Shown: positions 8,482 to 18,150 of the stretch, piece by piece
Numbering within the stretch: the stretch's first letter is position 1
Layout: the number at the start of each line of letters is the position of its first letter
Assembly: GCA_964533295.1 (NCBI GenBank)
Contig: CAZHLM010000001.1
Span: 1,958 to 65,957 of the forward strand
Source of the DNA: an uncultured Verrucomicrobiota bacterium
Lineage (GTDB): Bacteria; Verrucomicrobiota; Verrucomicrobiia; Palsa-1439
Reading direction: 5' to 3'
DNA length: 64,000 nucleotides
Position numbers and translations under genes: made by a program
Notes under the pieces: model-generated
Seen by the model: the letters and a program-made list of their open reading frames with translations, nothing else
The model's database searches: none
Told to the model about the DNA's origin: nothing

Positions 8482-9414
8482 GTGACGACCAATCGCGCTT
8501 ACCTCATCGGGAACCTCGCCGCGGACGCGAAGTTCGAAATCCTGAAGAACAATACTCCGTGCCTGCGGTTTATGGTGATCGTGCCCCGCAGCAGTGACCA
8601 GGTCAGCGCCCGGTTCCTGGGCTACACCCGCCAAGATGGACGGCTGGATAAGAGCCGCGTTCCGACCGAATTGAAAGACAGTCTGAAAGACCAGTTGCAG
8701 GTGGCCTGTTACGGGCATCGCGCCCAGCAGATCGCGGCCAGCGTGCGGGCCGGCGTGCGCGTCGCCGTGGACGGCTGGACCGAGGAGCGGCGCTTTTTCG
8801 ACCGGGAGGTCGATCGCTACCGCGTGGTCTACGAGATCAACGCCGCCCATATCCTGGTGGCCGACGGCAATTGCGCCAGTGACGCGGTCACCAATCGGGT
8901 GCACGTGATCGGGCACCTCGAGAAAGATCCGCTCTTTGAAGTGATCGGCGGCTCGGTGCCCTGCCTGCGGATGCGGCTGCGCGTGCCGCGCGGCCCACGC
9001 CAGGTGAGCGCCGAGATGGTGCCCTATACGACCGAGCAGGGCTGGCTGGACCGGGCAGCCCTGCCGCGGGAGTTACGCGGGCGGCTCGTGGACATCCTGT
9101 CCCTGGTGGTGTATGGCCAGCGGGCGCTGCTCTACAGCAAATACCTGCGCCAGGCGGCCCAGATTGCGGTCGAGGGCTGGAGCGAGGAGCGCCGTTTCCA
9201 GGACCGCACGGTGAAACGCGAGCGCCGGGTTCAGGAGATCAACGCCGTGCAGATTGTGTGCGGGCCGGGCTCGGACTTCGAAGCCGGCGAGGCCTATCGC
9301 CGGCGCCTGATCGCGGAGGCGCAGGAACGCGGCGCTTACAACCTGGCCGAGCTCGGCCTGGAGCCGGTGCCGATGGTGGAATCGAATCTCGAAAGGGGCG
9401 GCTATGGAAATTGA
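8482..9414 (+). CDS. ssb: Single-stranded DNA-binding protein with two tandem OB folds
   Basis: N-terminal NRAYLIGNLAADAKFEIL...TPCLRFMVIV, and an internally duplicated OB segment (VDGWTEERRFFDREVDRYRVVYEINAAHILV / VEGWSEERRFQDRTVKRERRVQEINAVQIV) resembling the SSB core ...W...RYTTEVVV. Confidence 0.65.
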   Translation: MTTNRAYLIGNLAADAKFEILKNNTPCLRFMVIVPRSSDQVSARFLGYTRQDGRLDKSRVPTELKDSLKDQLQVACYGHRAQQIAASVRAGVRVAVDGWTEERRFFDREVDRYRVVYEINAAHILVADGNCASDAVTNRVHVIGHLEKDPLFEVIGGSVPCLRMRLRVPRGPRQVSAEMVPYTTEQGWLDRAALPRELRGRLVDILSLVVYGQRALLYSKYLRQAAQIAVEGWSEERRFQDRTVKRERRVQEINAVQIVCGPGSDFEAGEAYRRRLIAEAQERGAYNLAELGLEPVPMVESNLERGGYGN

Positions 9415-9946
9415 GATCCCGCGCCGCGTCGGCCTTGCCGCCCTGCTGAGTGGGGCCTTGCTCCTACTCGCCTTGCTTGGCTACGTCGCCTCCCCGCGAA
9501 CGGGCGATGGACGCCCTGTGCTGCTGCTGCCCGATGTGCGGGCCATCGAGCTCTATCGCCGGGCCACTGCCACCTGGACCGCGGACTGGCGCGACATTGG
9601 CGAGACGCTGGCCGGCCTCTTGGACCGGCAGGAGGCACCGCTCCTTGACCAGAGTCGGACGGCGCAAGAAGCCTTCGCTGAGTCAGTGGCCGTGGCCCGG
9701 CGCTTGGAAAGCACGGAGGCTCCAGTAGCCCTGCTGGGTCTGCACGATCAGGCCATGGCCGTGGCTGCCGCCCACGTGGATGCCAGCACGGCGGTCAACC
9801 GCTGGCTGTCCGGGCCATCAGCAGAGAACCTGTCAGCCGCCCATGAGGCCGTGGAGCAGGCGCGGACCTTGCTGGCCGCGCTCCAGGCCAATCAGTGGCT
9901 GGCTGAGCCCGCGGCGGCTCAAGCCCAGCCAGGGGAACAGCCGTGA
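9404..9946 (+). CDS. Hypothetical membrane-anchored protein
   Basis: N-terminal TM helix (LAALLSGALLLLALLGYV). Overlaps the ssb stop. GC3-rich. Confidence 0.4.
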   Translation: MEIEIPRRVGLAALLSGALLLLALLGYVASPRTGDGRPVLLLPDVRAIELYRRATATWTADWRDIGETLAGLLDRQEAPLLDQSRTAQEAFAESVAVARRLESTEAPVALLGLHDQAMAVAAAHVDASTAVNRWLSGPSAENLSAAHEAVEQARTLLAALQANQWLAEPAAAQAQPGEQP

Positions 9947-11337
9947 CGCTCTTTAGAATCCATTCGCTGAACCCAACTGCCGGCGGAGCAGACGTCGCCC
10001 GGCGACCGGAACCGTCCGGGCTCCCCGCTCCGGCCGCGGCTTCAACCTCAGCCGTCCAGCCTTACGTGGGTGCCGTTCAGGATCTTAAGCCCGCACCACA
10101 GCCTTCGCCTACTCTGGCGCACCTGAATGCGCTCCTGGAAGAGCGTGGCCGGCAGCTCACCGCCGCCACCCGACTGGCCTCGCACGCGACTCAGCAGTTG
10201 CAGCGGCTGGCGGAGGAGCTATGCCCGAGTGCCTTAGATGAGGAAAGGCGCAAGAGCAGCCCGAGCCTGGACGAGTGGCCGGCTGAGAAACTGGTGCGGT
10301 TCATTCTGGATCACACGAAACCGCGATTGCTCAAGGCTGACCGGGCGGCCCAACAGGTGGAGTCACTCATCCGGGCCTACTCGGAGATTCTGGCCGAGAA
10401 CCGGCAACTCCTGGAGCGATTGGAGCCCAAGCCTCGTCAAGGGCCAGGCCCGGCTTCGCAGGGAGACCAGAGCCTGGTAGGACCGGAAACGGCGGCACAT
10501 CCCGCGGTCAGGACTGTCCCAGCGCGCGAGACGCAGGCGGCGCAATCCGCGCCCGCGCCGGTCCCCCCACTGTCATCAGCGCCTGCCGAGGCCATGTTGG
10601 AAGATGCAGCCCATAATGAATCGACCTCAATTCACGTGGATCCGGCCCGCCTGGATGATGTCATCCGGGTCATGTCTGTGACCGGGTTGGCGCGGAGCAC
10701 GCGCCTGGGAGAGAAGCTCAGCCAGTTATGGGGAGTCCACCGGCGCGACCGCCTGATCGGCAACACCTTCGACGCCCTGACCCAGGCGGGCCTGATTCGC
10801 TTGCACCGTGTCCGGGCCGAATGGCCCCAAGCGCCGACGCAACTCTTCGAGCTCACCGACAGCGGCGCGGAGCGAGCGAGGCTATTGGGCGCGCGTCTGG
10901 TGCCCAGCGAGATTGGCGAGGGCCTGCGCCGACAGCTGGCAGTCGAGTTGATCAGCCTGGTGCTTCAGGCTGCCGAGGTACTGACGGAGAACGGCTACAG
11001 CGAGGTGATCGCCTTCCCGCGCCCAATTCACCTGCCGGACGGAAGCGAGTACGTGCCAGCGCTCAGCGCCCGGGATCGGGGCGCGAACACGATTTATGTG
11101 GAATGTGAGCGCACGAAAGCGTCCTTGCCCCGTGAGGAGCGCTGGCTCCGGGCTGCGCAGGTCGGTGGCGGCACGGTCCACCTCATCACCACGTCCGAGT
11201 CTGTTCAAACCAGCCTGACCTCGGAGCTCAATTTTCTGCGCGTGCATCATCCGCTCCGGATCCTGGCCTTCAACATCCACGGATATCAGAAGGGGCGGCG
11301 GAGCGCGGACAACTCCTTGTGGGTCTATAGCCGGTGA
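9943..11337 (+). CDS. Hypothetical protein (464 aa) with central coiled-coil and a C-terminal domain bearing a possible PD-(D/E)xK-like signature
   Basis: ATGA overlap with the upstream gene. C-terminal ...LPDGSEYVPALSA...IYVECERTK... The motif assignment is tentative. Confidence 0.45.
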   Translation: MTLFRIHSLNPTAGGADVARRPEPSGLPAPAAASTSAVQPYVGAVQDLKPAPQPSPTLAHLNALLEERGRQLTAATRLASHATQQLQRLAEELCPSALDEERRKSSPSLDEWPAEKLVRFILDHTKPRLLKADRAAQQVESLIRAYSEILAENRQLLERLEPKPRQGPGPASQGDQSLVGPETAAHPAVRTVPARETQAAQSAPAPVPPLSSAPAEAMLEDAAHNESTSIHVDPARLDDVIRVMSVTGLARSTRLGEKLSQLWGVHRRDRLIGNTFDALTQAGLIRLHRVRAEWPQAPTQLFELTDSGAERARLLGARLVPSEIGEGLRRQLAVELISLVLQAAEVLTENGYSEVIAFPRPIHLPDGSEYVPALSARDRGANTIYVECERTKASLPREERWLRAAQVGGGTVHLITTSESVQTSLTSELNFLRVHHPLRILAFNIHGYQKGRRSADNSLWVYSR

Positions 11338-11522
11338 GGTCGAGATGGTTTGGGATTTGGCCATGCGCACTCGCAAAGGATGCAACTGGGGCAATTGTCG
11401 CTCGACCCCATTGACTCAGGGACACAGCTTTTCTAGAGTCGGACGCGATTGGTGCGGCCGGCCCGAATGTGCCATTCAAGCCGTTGCCGTGCTGGGTGGA
11501 TGAGGTGGGAGTTGCCTGGCAA

Positions 11523-12278
11523 ATGAAACGGGTGTGGTCGTTGATTGCTCCCCTTGGATTGGCCTTGATGCTCACGGCCTGTGGTCCAGTGAAGATCAAC
11601 CTGGGCGCCGTGAGCGCCGGCGCATCCGGCGAAGTCGAAACAGGCCTGTACGTAGTCAAAGAGGGTGACACCCTGAGTGGGATTGCCGAGGCGTACCGAA
11701 CCAGCGTAGAAAAGCTCATAGACCTGAACGCCGAGCGGTACCCACGGCTGGCCGATAGTGGCGGACGGATCATTGTGCCGGGCTGGGAATTAGTTGTGCC
11801 AGCAAACGGCCTTTCAGGACCATTTCAAGGTGAGCCGGGACAAGACGGAGCCCACACGCCGGCACCGAGTGTAGACCAGCCAGGCGAGGGTGCCGCGCCG
11901 GCAGTAGATACACAAGACGGTTACTTTGATTATGACGCGGCACTGGAAATTGTGCGGCTGACGAATGAAGAGCGTTCACGCAACGGGTTGGCATCGCTCA
12001 CTGTGGATGACGCGCTGATGACCCTAGCCCAATCAAGATCCGTCGCTCTCCAAGATGACTTTAGTCATAACGGTTTTCAGGCCAGCAGCTGTGGGGCGTG
12101 TGGCGAGAACATCGCTGGTTGGTATGCAGGGCAGACAGCTGAAGGCTTTGTAGGTCAGTGGATTGGGAGTCCCGGACATCACGACAATATGCTCGCAAGC
12201 CACTACACGGCAATCGGAGCCGCGGTGTTCCGCAGTAGTGACCATGACATTGCTTATGCTGTTCAAATCCTCAGATAA
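11523..12278 (+). CDS. Secreted lipoprotein with LysM domain and CAP/SCP/PR-1-like domain
   Basis: Lipobox LTAC. LysM YVVKEGDTLSGIAEAYRTSVEKLIDLN. CAP signature GHHDNMLASHYTAIGAAV. Confidence 0.65.
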   Translation: MKRVWSLIAPLGLALMLTACGPVKINLGAVSAGASGEVETGLYVVKEGDTLSGIAEAYRTSVEKLIDLNAERYPRLADSGGRIIVPGWELVVPANGLSGPFQGEPGQDGAHTPAPSVDQPGEGAAPAVDTQDGYFDYDAALEIVRLTNEERSRNGLASLTVDDALMTLAQSRSVALQDDFSHNGFQASSCGACGENIAGWYAGQTAEGFVGQWIGSPGHHDNMLASHYTAIGAAVFRSSDHDIAYAVQILR

Positions 12279-12439
12279 GTACTGAGAGCACGGCCCATGA
12301 TTTAACTGGAAACTAGACGAACCACGAGGGCCACTAACGGGCAACCCGTAGGCTAGTGCAAGTTGAATTGGATACATTACCGAAAGGAGCAAACGGCTTC
12401 TCGTTTGCTCCTTTTAATTCTCAGAATGGAGGGCATGGA

Positions 12440-12988
12440 ATGACTATCACGCTAAATCGCAGGCTGATTTTCGGATTGTTAGTGGCTGTTATTACGATCA
12501 CGGGCCTCGTTTGGGCCGTACCCCAACTCATTCAGCCAGCTGCCGCACCAGAGGCGTCGCCTGAAGCTGTGGCCGCGAACTTCGCCCTAGCCTACTACGT
12601 GGCGGACTATCGAGACAGCGAGAAATGGCTGGCTGCACTGGAGCCACATATGACGGAGAAGGGACTCCGGCTGATCGAGGCTCAGGTAGCCCCGGTCGTG
12701 TGGGAATCGATCTCCGCTGCAAAATTCTCGAACACGCCCGAACAAGTCTCGATCGTTGACAAAGGCCTGGTCGCGGAAGGAAAGTCGAACCTGCCTCAGC
12801 CCATGGCCTGGCAGATCCAGCGCGTGCAGGTGACTCTCGCACCCGAAGCGAGGTGGCCGGGTATGAGTGCCAACACGATCACCTTGAACGTTTTACTGGA
12901 GCGTCCCGCTGATGGTGACTCCTGGAAGGTCAGCGCCACTCTTACCGATCAGAGCGTCACACTCTTCAAGCAGGAAAACGGCCAATGA
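12440..12988 (+). CDS. Hypothetical membrane-anchored protein
   Basis: RBS ggaggg. N-terminal TM LIFGLLVAVITITGLVWAV. Stop overlaps the next gene's start (ATGA). Confidence 0.45.
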   Translation: MTITLNRRLIFGLLVAVITITGLVWAVPQLIQPAAAPEASPEAVAANFALAYYVADYRDSEKWLAALEPHMTEKGLRLIEAQVAPVVWESISAAKFSNTPEQVSIVDKGLVAEGKSNLPQPMAWQIQRVQVTLAPEARWPGMSANTITLNVLLERPADGDSWKVSATLTDQSVTLFKQENGQ

Positions 12989-14367
12989 GACCGTTGATCA
13001 TCATCCTGGCTGCGTTGTTGGTAGTCACGATTAAGGCTTCCACAGCACTCGCCCAGACAGGGAGTCTCCCTCCCGGAGTGACGGTCGACAGCAATGGCAA
13101 TTATCACCTGAACACGAATGTCTGGACGCCCGGCGAGCCCGTTTTCATCCAGCCGGATGGATTGCCCTCGATCCAGGTGGAGCTGCCGGGCGGTGGGGCT
13201 ATCTGCGCCGCGTGTTTCTCCTTCAATACCTATAGCGGTCCCAACGGCGAAACCATCGTGGTGCCCAACACCTACACGGCCGTGATGATGGCCGTCACGG
13301 GCCAGAACCCGTTCAACACCCAGCCGGATGGGTATGTCCTGAGCGGCCTGCTCCAAATCCCGGCGGTCCTCGGGGTCTTCGAGGAGATGGGGGTTACGCC
13401 TGAGCAGTTTATGGATCCCCAGCAATGGAGCCCGGACCCGATGTTCTGGCTTCAACTCAACCTGGAGCTGAGTGGTCTTTGGGACCCGAACGAGATCAAT
13501 GAAAACACACTCTTTCTGGCGACTGGCCTCTTTTCCTTCAACGCCGGCAATTGCCCCCCAGCGTTAGGGAACGTGTGTACACAGACAGCGAGAAATTCGA
13601 ATTCGGGAAACGGAGGCGATGACCCCTTTGAGCGAATCTGCCTGGCGCTGGGCGACTGCAAGCCTCTCAAGCCAGACATCTGCGCCGACGGCCGTAATCT
13701 GACCATTGACGCGCCCAGGCCCCAATACCAGGTGGATCAGTATGCGCCGGAGAACCCCGTCGTCGTCGGGCAAGACGAGTCGGCCCGAGGCGCCGATCTG
13801 CGGGTGAGCGCCACCGTGCCGCCGGTCGTGGTGTCCTTCAACAACACGATCCGCCAGGACGGTGAGCAGGCCTGCACGTGGGTCGGTGGCGGCCAGGGTG
13901 GAGGCTGCGGTAACTGGGGCGGCAAGACCAACTACTCCGCTGGCTTCCAGCCGTGGATGGCGAGTGACCCGGACTGGGGCGTCGTCACCGAAGAGCATTG
14001 GATCTGCGTCCGGGATTCCAAGACCTACTTCGACCGCATCGCGCTGTTCACGGTCAACGTCGAGCTCACCGCCGAGTCGGCGGCCTGGATTACCTCGGGC
14101 GACCTGCAACAGCGCTACCCCGGCGCCAGGGTCTACCAGGCTCATTGGCCTCTGTGGCCGGGTCTCGCGCCCACCCTGCGGCGCGTCTCCTCCGATCAGA
14201 CCGCCTGGTTCCTGCAATGGGAACGAATTCCGTTCCGTGATCCTGGAAAGTATCAGGTGAGCGTGGGCGGCCAGACGAGCGGCACCCCGTACACGGCCCC
14301 GCGCAACCTGCGCTACGACAACTCTTTTTTCGACGTCGCCCTCTTCGAGGCCGCGCTCATCAAGTGA
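12985..14367 (+). CDS. Secreted hypothetical protein (460 aa) with signal peptide; Cys-rich, Gly-rich central region
   Basis: Signal peptide MRPLIIILAALLVVTIKASTALA. No known catalytic motif. Confidence 0.5.
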   Translation: MRPLIIILAALLVVTIKASTALAQTGSLPPGVTVDSNGNYHLNTNVWTPGEPVFIQPDGLPSIQVELPGGGAICAACFSFNTYSGPNGETIVVPNTYTAVMMAVTGQNPFNTQPDGYVLSGLLQIPAVLGVFEEMGVTPEQFMDPQQWSPDPMFWLQLNLELSGLWDPNEINENTLFLATGLFSFNAGNCPPALGNVCTQTARNSNSGNGGDDPFERICLALGDCKPLKPDICADGRNLTIDAPRPQYQVDQYAPENPVVVGQDESARGADLRVSATVPPVVVSFNNTIRQDGEQACTWVGGGQGGGCGNWGGKTNYSAGFQPWMASDPDWGVVTEEHWICVRDSKTYFDRIALFTVNVELTAESAAWITSGDLQQRYPGARVYQAHWPLWPGLAPTLRRVSSDQTAWFLQWERIPFRDPGKYQVSVGGQTSGTPYTAPRNLRYDNSFFDVALFEAALIK

Positions 14368-14415
14368 TTGATCTCAAGTTCCACTCACCCTTTCCCACCC
14401 TGAAGGAGCACTCCC

Positions 14416-15297
14416 ATGTCGGATTCGAAGAAAGCCTCTATCATGCCGGTCATCGCCCTGGCGGGCCTCGCCTTCGCCCTGACTGCCGGCTTCCTGTACA
14501 CGCTGCGGGCTGAGAGGGCCGTCGTGGTCGCCGCCCGGCCGATCAATGTCGGCGCCCGGCTCACGGCCGATGACCTGACGATCAAGAACGTCCGGGCGGC
14601 GGATGTCCCGGCCAGCGCCCTGACCAACGCCGAGGACGCCATCGGCCAGGTGATTGGTCTCCAGCGCGGCAGCGGCGACATCATCACGGCCGAGATGCTG
14701 GGATCCGAGTCGGTCTCGGCCATCGCCGGCGGACTGGCGCCGGACAGCCGGGCCGTGGCCGTGAAGGTCACGCGCTCATCGGGCATGGCCGGCCTGCTGC
14801 GTCCCGGGGACTTCGTGACCCTGATCGCCGTGGTCGAGCCGCCGGACGTCAACGACGTGTTCGCACCGACCGAGCCGGTAACCCAGACGGTGTCTAGACC
14901 CGCGGTGGCGGATGCCGAACCCGCGGCGTCCTCGACCGAGATCGTGCCCCAATCTCCATTCGCACGAGTGACGGCCACCGGGCTCAGGGTGCTGCTCGTG
15001 CCCCAGACCTTCCGGTACGAGGAAGTGACGACCACGGAACAGGACGGCTTCGCCCGCGTGCAGACCTCGCAGGTCGGCCAGCAGGAGTCCGTGATCGTGT
15101 TAGAAGTGCCCGCTGGACCCATTCAGATCGATGGGCCGAACGGCCCGCTCACAGTCACTTTGCCGGAGCTGATCGCGCTTCTGGACTCGCAGGCCAAGGT
15201 GTATCTGGCTCTTGAGCCGGCCGCCGGCGTCGCCGAGGGGCGCTTCCCGGGCGTGGCCATCGAGCAGATCGTTGATGCCGGCGTGGGAGGCCGCTAG
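14416..15297 (+). CDS. cpaB: Flp pilus assembly protein CpaB/RcpC family
   Basis: N-terminal TM. SAF-like segment VVVAARPINVGARLTADDL...VPASAL...AIGQV...GDIITAEML. Confidence 0.7.
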   Translation: MSDSKKASIMPVIALAGLAFALTAGFLYTLRAERAVVVAARPINVGARLTADDLTIKNVRAADVPASALTNAEDAIGQVIGLQRGSGDIITAEMLGSESVSAIAGGLAPDSRAVAVKVTRSSGMAGLLRPGDFVTLIAVVEPPDVNDVFAPTEPVTQTVSRPAVADAEPAASSTEIVPQSPFARVTATGLRVLLVPQTFRYEEVTTTEQDGFARVQTSQVGQQESVIVLEVPAGPIQIDGPNGPLTVTLPELIALLDSQAKVYLALEPAAGVAEGRFPGVAIEQIVDAGVGGR

Positions 15298-15299
15298 CC

Positions 15300-16625
15300 A
15301 TGTCCTCAAACGAAGCCCTGTCCATTTTGCTGGCCGGCCCCAACATGAAATCGATGCTGGACTACGTGTACCCGCCGTTCAAGAGCGATCCGGCTCGTTT
15401 CAACGTGCTCACCCTCTGTGAGAAGTGGGGCGAATTCGAGGGCGACGTGGCGAGCTACAAGCCCGAGGTTGTGGTACTCGAGGCCGCCATCGCGCCGGAA
15501 CCTCTGGCACTGCGGGACGTCCTGGCCCGGTTCCCGGCCGGCACGCTTGCCATTGTGGTCCTGCCTTCCACGCCGGGCTGGCCGGAACGAAGAGGCGCAA
15601 TTGAAGACGTCCGGACCACCGTGCGGGGCGTCTTCATCGCTCCCGTGAACTGGTCGCAGATCGCGGCCCAGGCCTACACCGCCGGCATCACCGAGCGCAC
15701 CCGGAAATTCGAGACTGCCCCGGCCGGCGCTGCCCATGAGACGCCGGGGATGGGCAACTTGCCGTCGTCCGCGGTCGTCGGAACCCGCATCGTCGCCGCG
15801 ACCTCCTTCGCCGGCGGCACGGGCAAGAGCACGATCCTGGAGGCTATCGCCGTCGAACTGGCGCGCAACCATGTCAAGACGTTGTTGTGCTCCTTCAACT
15901 CGCCGCCAGCGGTGGTCGGGCACATGGGGCTGAAATTCGGGCCGAACGCCGTGGAGTGGTTCAATCGTCCCACGACGGACGGGTTCCGGGCCGCGCTCCA
16001 GAGCCCAAAAGGCCACGCCGGGCTCGACGTGCTGCTCGCGCCCGAAGACCCTGAGGCGCTTGCGACGGCGGCGGACCGGCCGACCGAAAATCCGCTCAGT
16101 ATCCGCAACCTGATCCACGCGGCGACCTCGTTCAATTACGGCGTGATCCTCTTGGACCTCCCGCCTTTCGCAGACTCGATGTGGGCCGTGCAGGGCGTGC
16201 TGTCCGCCAATATGGCGCTCCTGGTCAGCCGGCCCACGGTCCACGACCAGTTCGCGGCGCTGCGGGCGTACCGGTTGTTCACGCAGCGCCTGGCCGCCCA
16301 GCACCGGGTCCCGCTTGAATCGATCTTCGCGGTGATCAACTTCACGTCGCCGGATGACAACATGTCCCCGAGCGATTTCGTCGGAGGCCTGGCCCGAGCA
16401 GCCGGGGGCTTCCCACCCATCCTGGCCTCGTTCCCGTATGTCGCCCAGCTCCCGGCTGTGCAGAACCGTGGCATGTCGCCGATGCTGGCGCCGGAGACAG
16501 CCCCCTTCGCCAATGCCGCCAATTCGCTGGCCTCCAAGCTGATCGGCGGTTCGGTGATCCCGATAGCCACCAATGGCAAGCAGCCCGAAAAAGGCTTCTT
16601 GGGGATCAGGATCAAGATCAAGTGA
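15300..16625 (+). CDS. cpaE: CpaE/TadZ-type pilus assembly ATPase (receiver-like N-domain + MinD/ParA-like domain)
   Basis: Deviant Walker A IVAATSFAGGTGKSTI. Hydrophobic stretch VILLDLPP, possible Walker-B region. Confidence 0.7.
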   Translation: MSSNEALSILLAGPNMKSMLDYVYPPFKSDPARFNVLTLCEKWGEFEGDVASYKPEVVVLEAAIAPEPLALRDVLARFPAGTLAIVVLPSTPGWPERRGAIEDVRTTVRGVFIAPVNWSQIAAQAYTAGITERTRKFETAPAGAAHETPGMGNLPSSAVVGTRIVAATSFAGGTGKSTILEAIAVELARNHVKTLLCSFNSPPAVVGHMGLKFGPNAVEWFNRPTTDGFRAALQSPKGHAGLDVLLAPEDPEALATAADRPTENPLSIRNLIHAATSFNYGVILLDLPPFADSMWAVQGVLSANMALLVSRPTVHDQFAALRAYRLFTQRLAAQHRVPLESIFAVINFTSPDDNMSPSDFVGGLARAAGGFPPILASFPYVAQLPAVQNRGMSPMLAPETAPFANAANSLASKLIGGSVIPIATNGKQPEKGFLGIRIKIK

Positions 16626-16632
16626 GGGTCCC

Positions 16633-17547
16633 ATGGAATTCTTGATTTCCGGCCTCGTCTCGCTCTCCGTCTTCAGCCTGGCCTATCACCTGCTTTACCG
16701 GCGGCAGGTCCTGAGGCGCGAGGCAGAAAAGCGCCTCGTGGAAGCCTTTCCTGATCAGCCGGCCCCATCCGAGATCGATCGGAGCAGCCCCGAATACCGG
16801 CTGGCGGCAGCCGGCATCCAGACTCAGAACCCGCGCCTGACATGGCTGTTGCTTCACTACGGGCCGGCAGCGGCAGCCTTGGTCACCACCCTGGCAGTGG
16901 GCATGCCGCCGCTCGTGGTGATTGGGGCCGGCCTGGTGACCTTGATCGCGCCCCGCCAATGGCTGGACGGGCGCGTCAAAGGCCGGGGCCGGCGCCTCGA
17001 GGCCGACCTGCCCCAGGTGTACGTGGAGTTGCTCGCAATCCTGCGGGCTAACCCGGACGTCGCCGGGGCTCTGACCGAAGTTGCCGACGGGCTGGAACGT
17101 GAGAAAGGATCGAACCCAATGTCGGCCGAATTGCGCCGCACAGCGCAGGAGGCGGCGGCGACAGCCATCGGGCGCGAGGAGGCATTTCGCAATCTGCAAT
17201 TGCGCGCGGCGTCACCAAGCCTGGCGAACCTGGGCCTGCTGCTGGAACGCTTCACCCAGACCGGGGCCGGGGGCGGCGCTTTCTTCGACGCCTTCGCCGC
17301 CGGGGCCGGGAACGTGCAATCGATCCTCGAGGCGCGCCAGAAGGCCCAGGCCAAGGCCGCCGAGCAGATGCAATCGGCCCGGATCGTGCCCCTCCTCCTG
17401 GCCGCGACGCTGCTGTTCTTCATGGGCGACGTCACCTTTCGGGCCGCGTTCCAGCTCCCGCTCGTCCAGTTTGTTCTCGCTGGCGCAGCCGTAATCATGT
17501 ATCTGGGCTATGTTGTCATGAGCGATATGGCCCGAGAGGCGGTCTGA
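16633..17547 (+). CDS. tadB: TadB-like inner-membrane platform protein (T2SS-F domain)
   Basis: RBS gtgaggg. GspF-like domain with N- and C-terminal TM helices. Confidence 0.65.
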   Translation: MEFLISGLVSLSVFSLAYHLLYRRQVLRREAEKRLVEAFPDQPAPSEIDRSSPEYRLAAAGIQTQNPRLTWLLLHYGPAAAALVTTLAVGMPPLVVIGAGLVTLIAPRQWLDGRVKGRGRRLEADLPQVYVELLAILRANPDVAGALTEVADGLEREKGSNPMSAELRRTAQEAAATAIGREEAFRNLQLRAASPSLANLGLLLERFTQTGAGGGAFFDAFAAGAGNVQSILEARQKAQAKAAEQMQSARIVPLLLAATLLFFMGDVTFRAAFQLPLVQFVLAGAAVIMYLGYVVMSDMAREAV

Positions 17548-17550
17548 GCC

Positions 17551-18138
17551 ATGGTCACCCTGGACACGCTCCTCGACCTGACTGAGACGATGACCATTCA
17601 GGAGGGCGGGGTCAGCCTCTCGTCTGAAGAGCAACTTGCGGCTTTGCACTCTGCCTGGCAGAGCTTGCAGTCGGTGGCGGCCGAACTTCAGCGGCGCGAG
17701 CGAGTCGTGGCCGAACGAGAGCGCACCCCGGCACCAGCCGAGCCTCAACCGCCCGCCCCGATGCGCAACGTGGCAGGTCTGGCCCAGAACCCTGGGCCCA
17801 GTCGACGCCTCGTGCAAGAACTCCTGACCGACGCCCCGCGGTTGATCGTCGAGGTGCCGATGTCGTGCCTATCGCGCCGGGAGCGCGAGAAATTGTGCGG
17901 CGAAATCGCCTCCCAGGATGGCCTGGAGGCGGTCCTGGCTCAACTCATTCGCGAGTTGGGGCCGAGCCAGGCCCGGGCGCTCACGCTTCGTTTTGGCCTC
18001 GACGGCCAAGGTCCACGCCTTTACGACGATATCGCCCGGACGCTGGGCGTATCCCGCCAGGCAGCCAAGTTCAAAGTGACGCAAGCCTTGCGCGATCTGA
18101 GGAAACCAGACTGCCTCCGTCGCTTGGCAGAGTATTGA
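17551..18138 (+). CDS. Sigma-70 region-4-like HTH protein (minimal sigma/regulator) embedded in the tad operon
   Basis: C-terminal LTLRFGLDGQGPRLYDDIARTLGVSRQAAKFKVTQALRDLR matches sigma-70 region 4. No region 2 is recognisable. Confidence 0.5.
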   Translation: MVTLDTLLDLTETMTIQEGGVSLSSEEQLAALHSAWQSLQSVAAELQRRERVVAERERTPAPAEPQPPAPMRNVAGLAQNPGPSRRLVQELLTDAPRLIVEVPMSCLSRREREKLCGEIASQDGLEAVLAQLIRELGPSQARALTLRFGLDGQGPRLYDDIARTLGVSRQAAKFKVTQALRDLRKPDCLRRLAEY

Positions 18139-18150
18139 AGGAGTCGTGCC

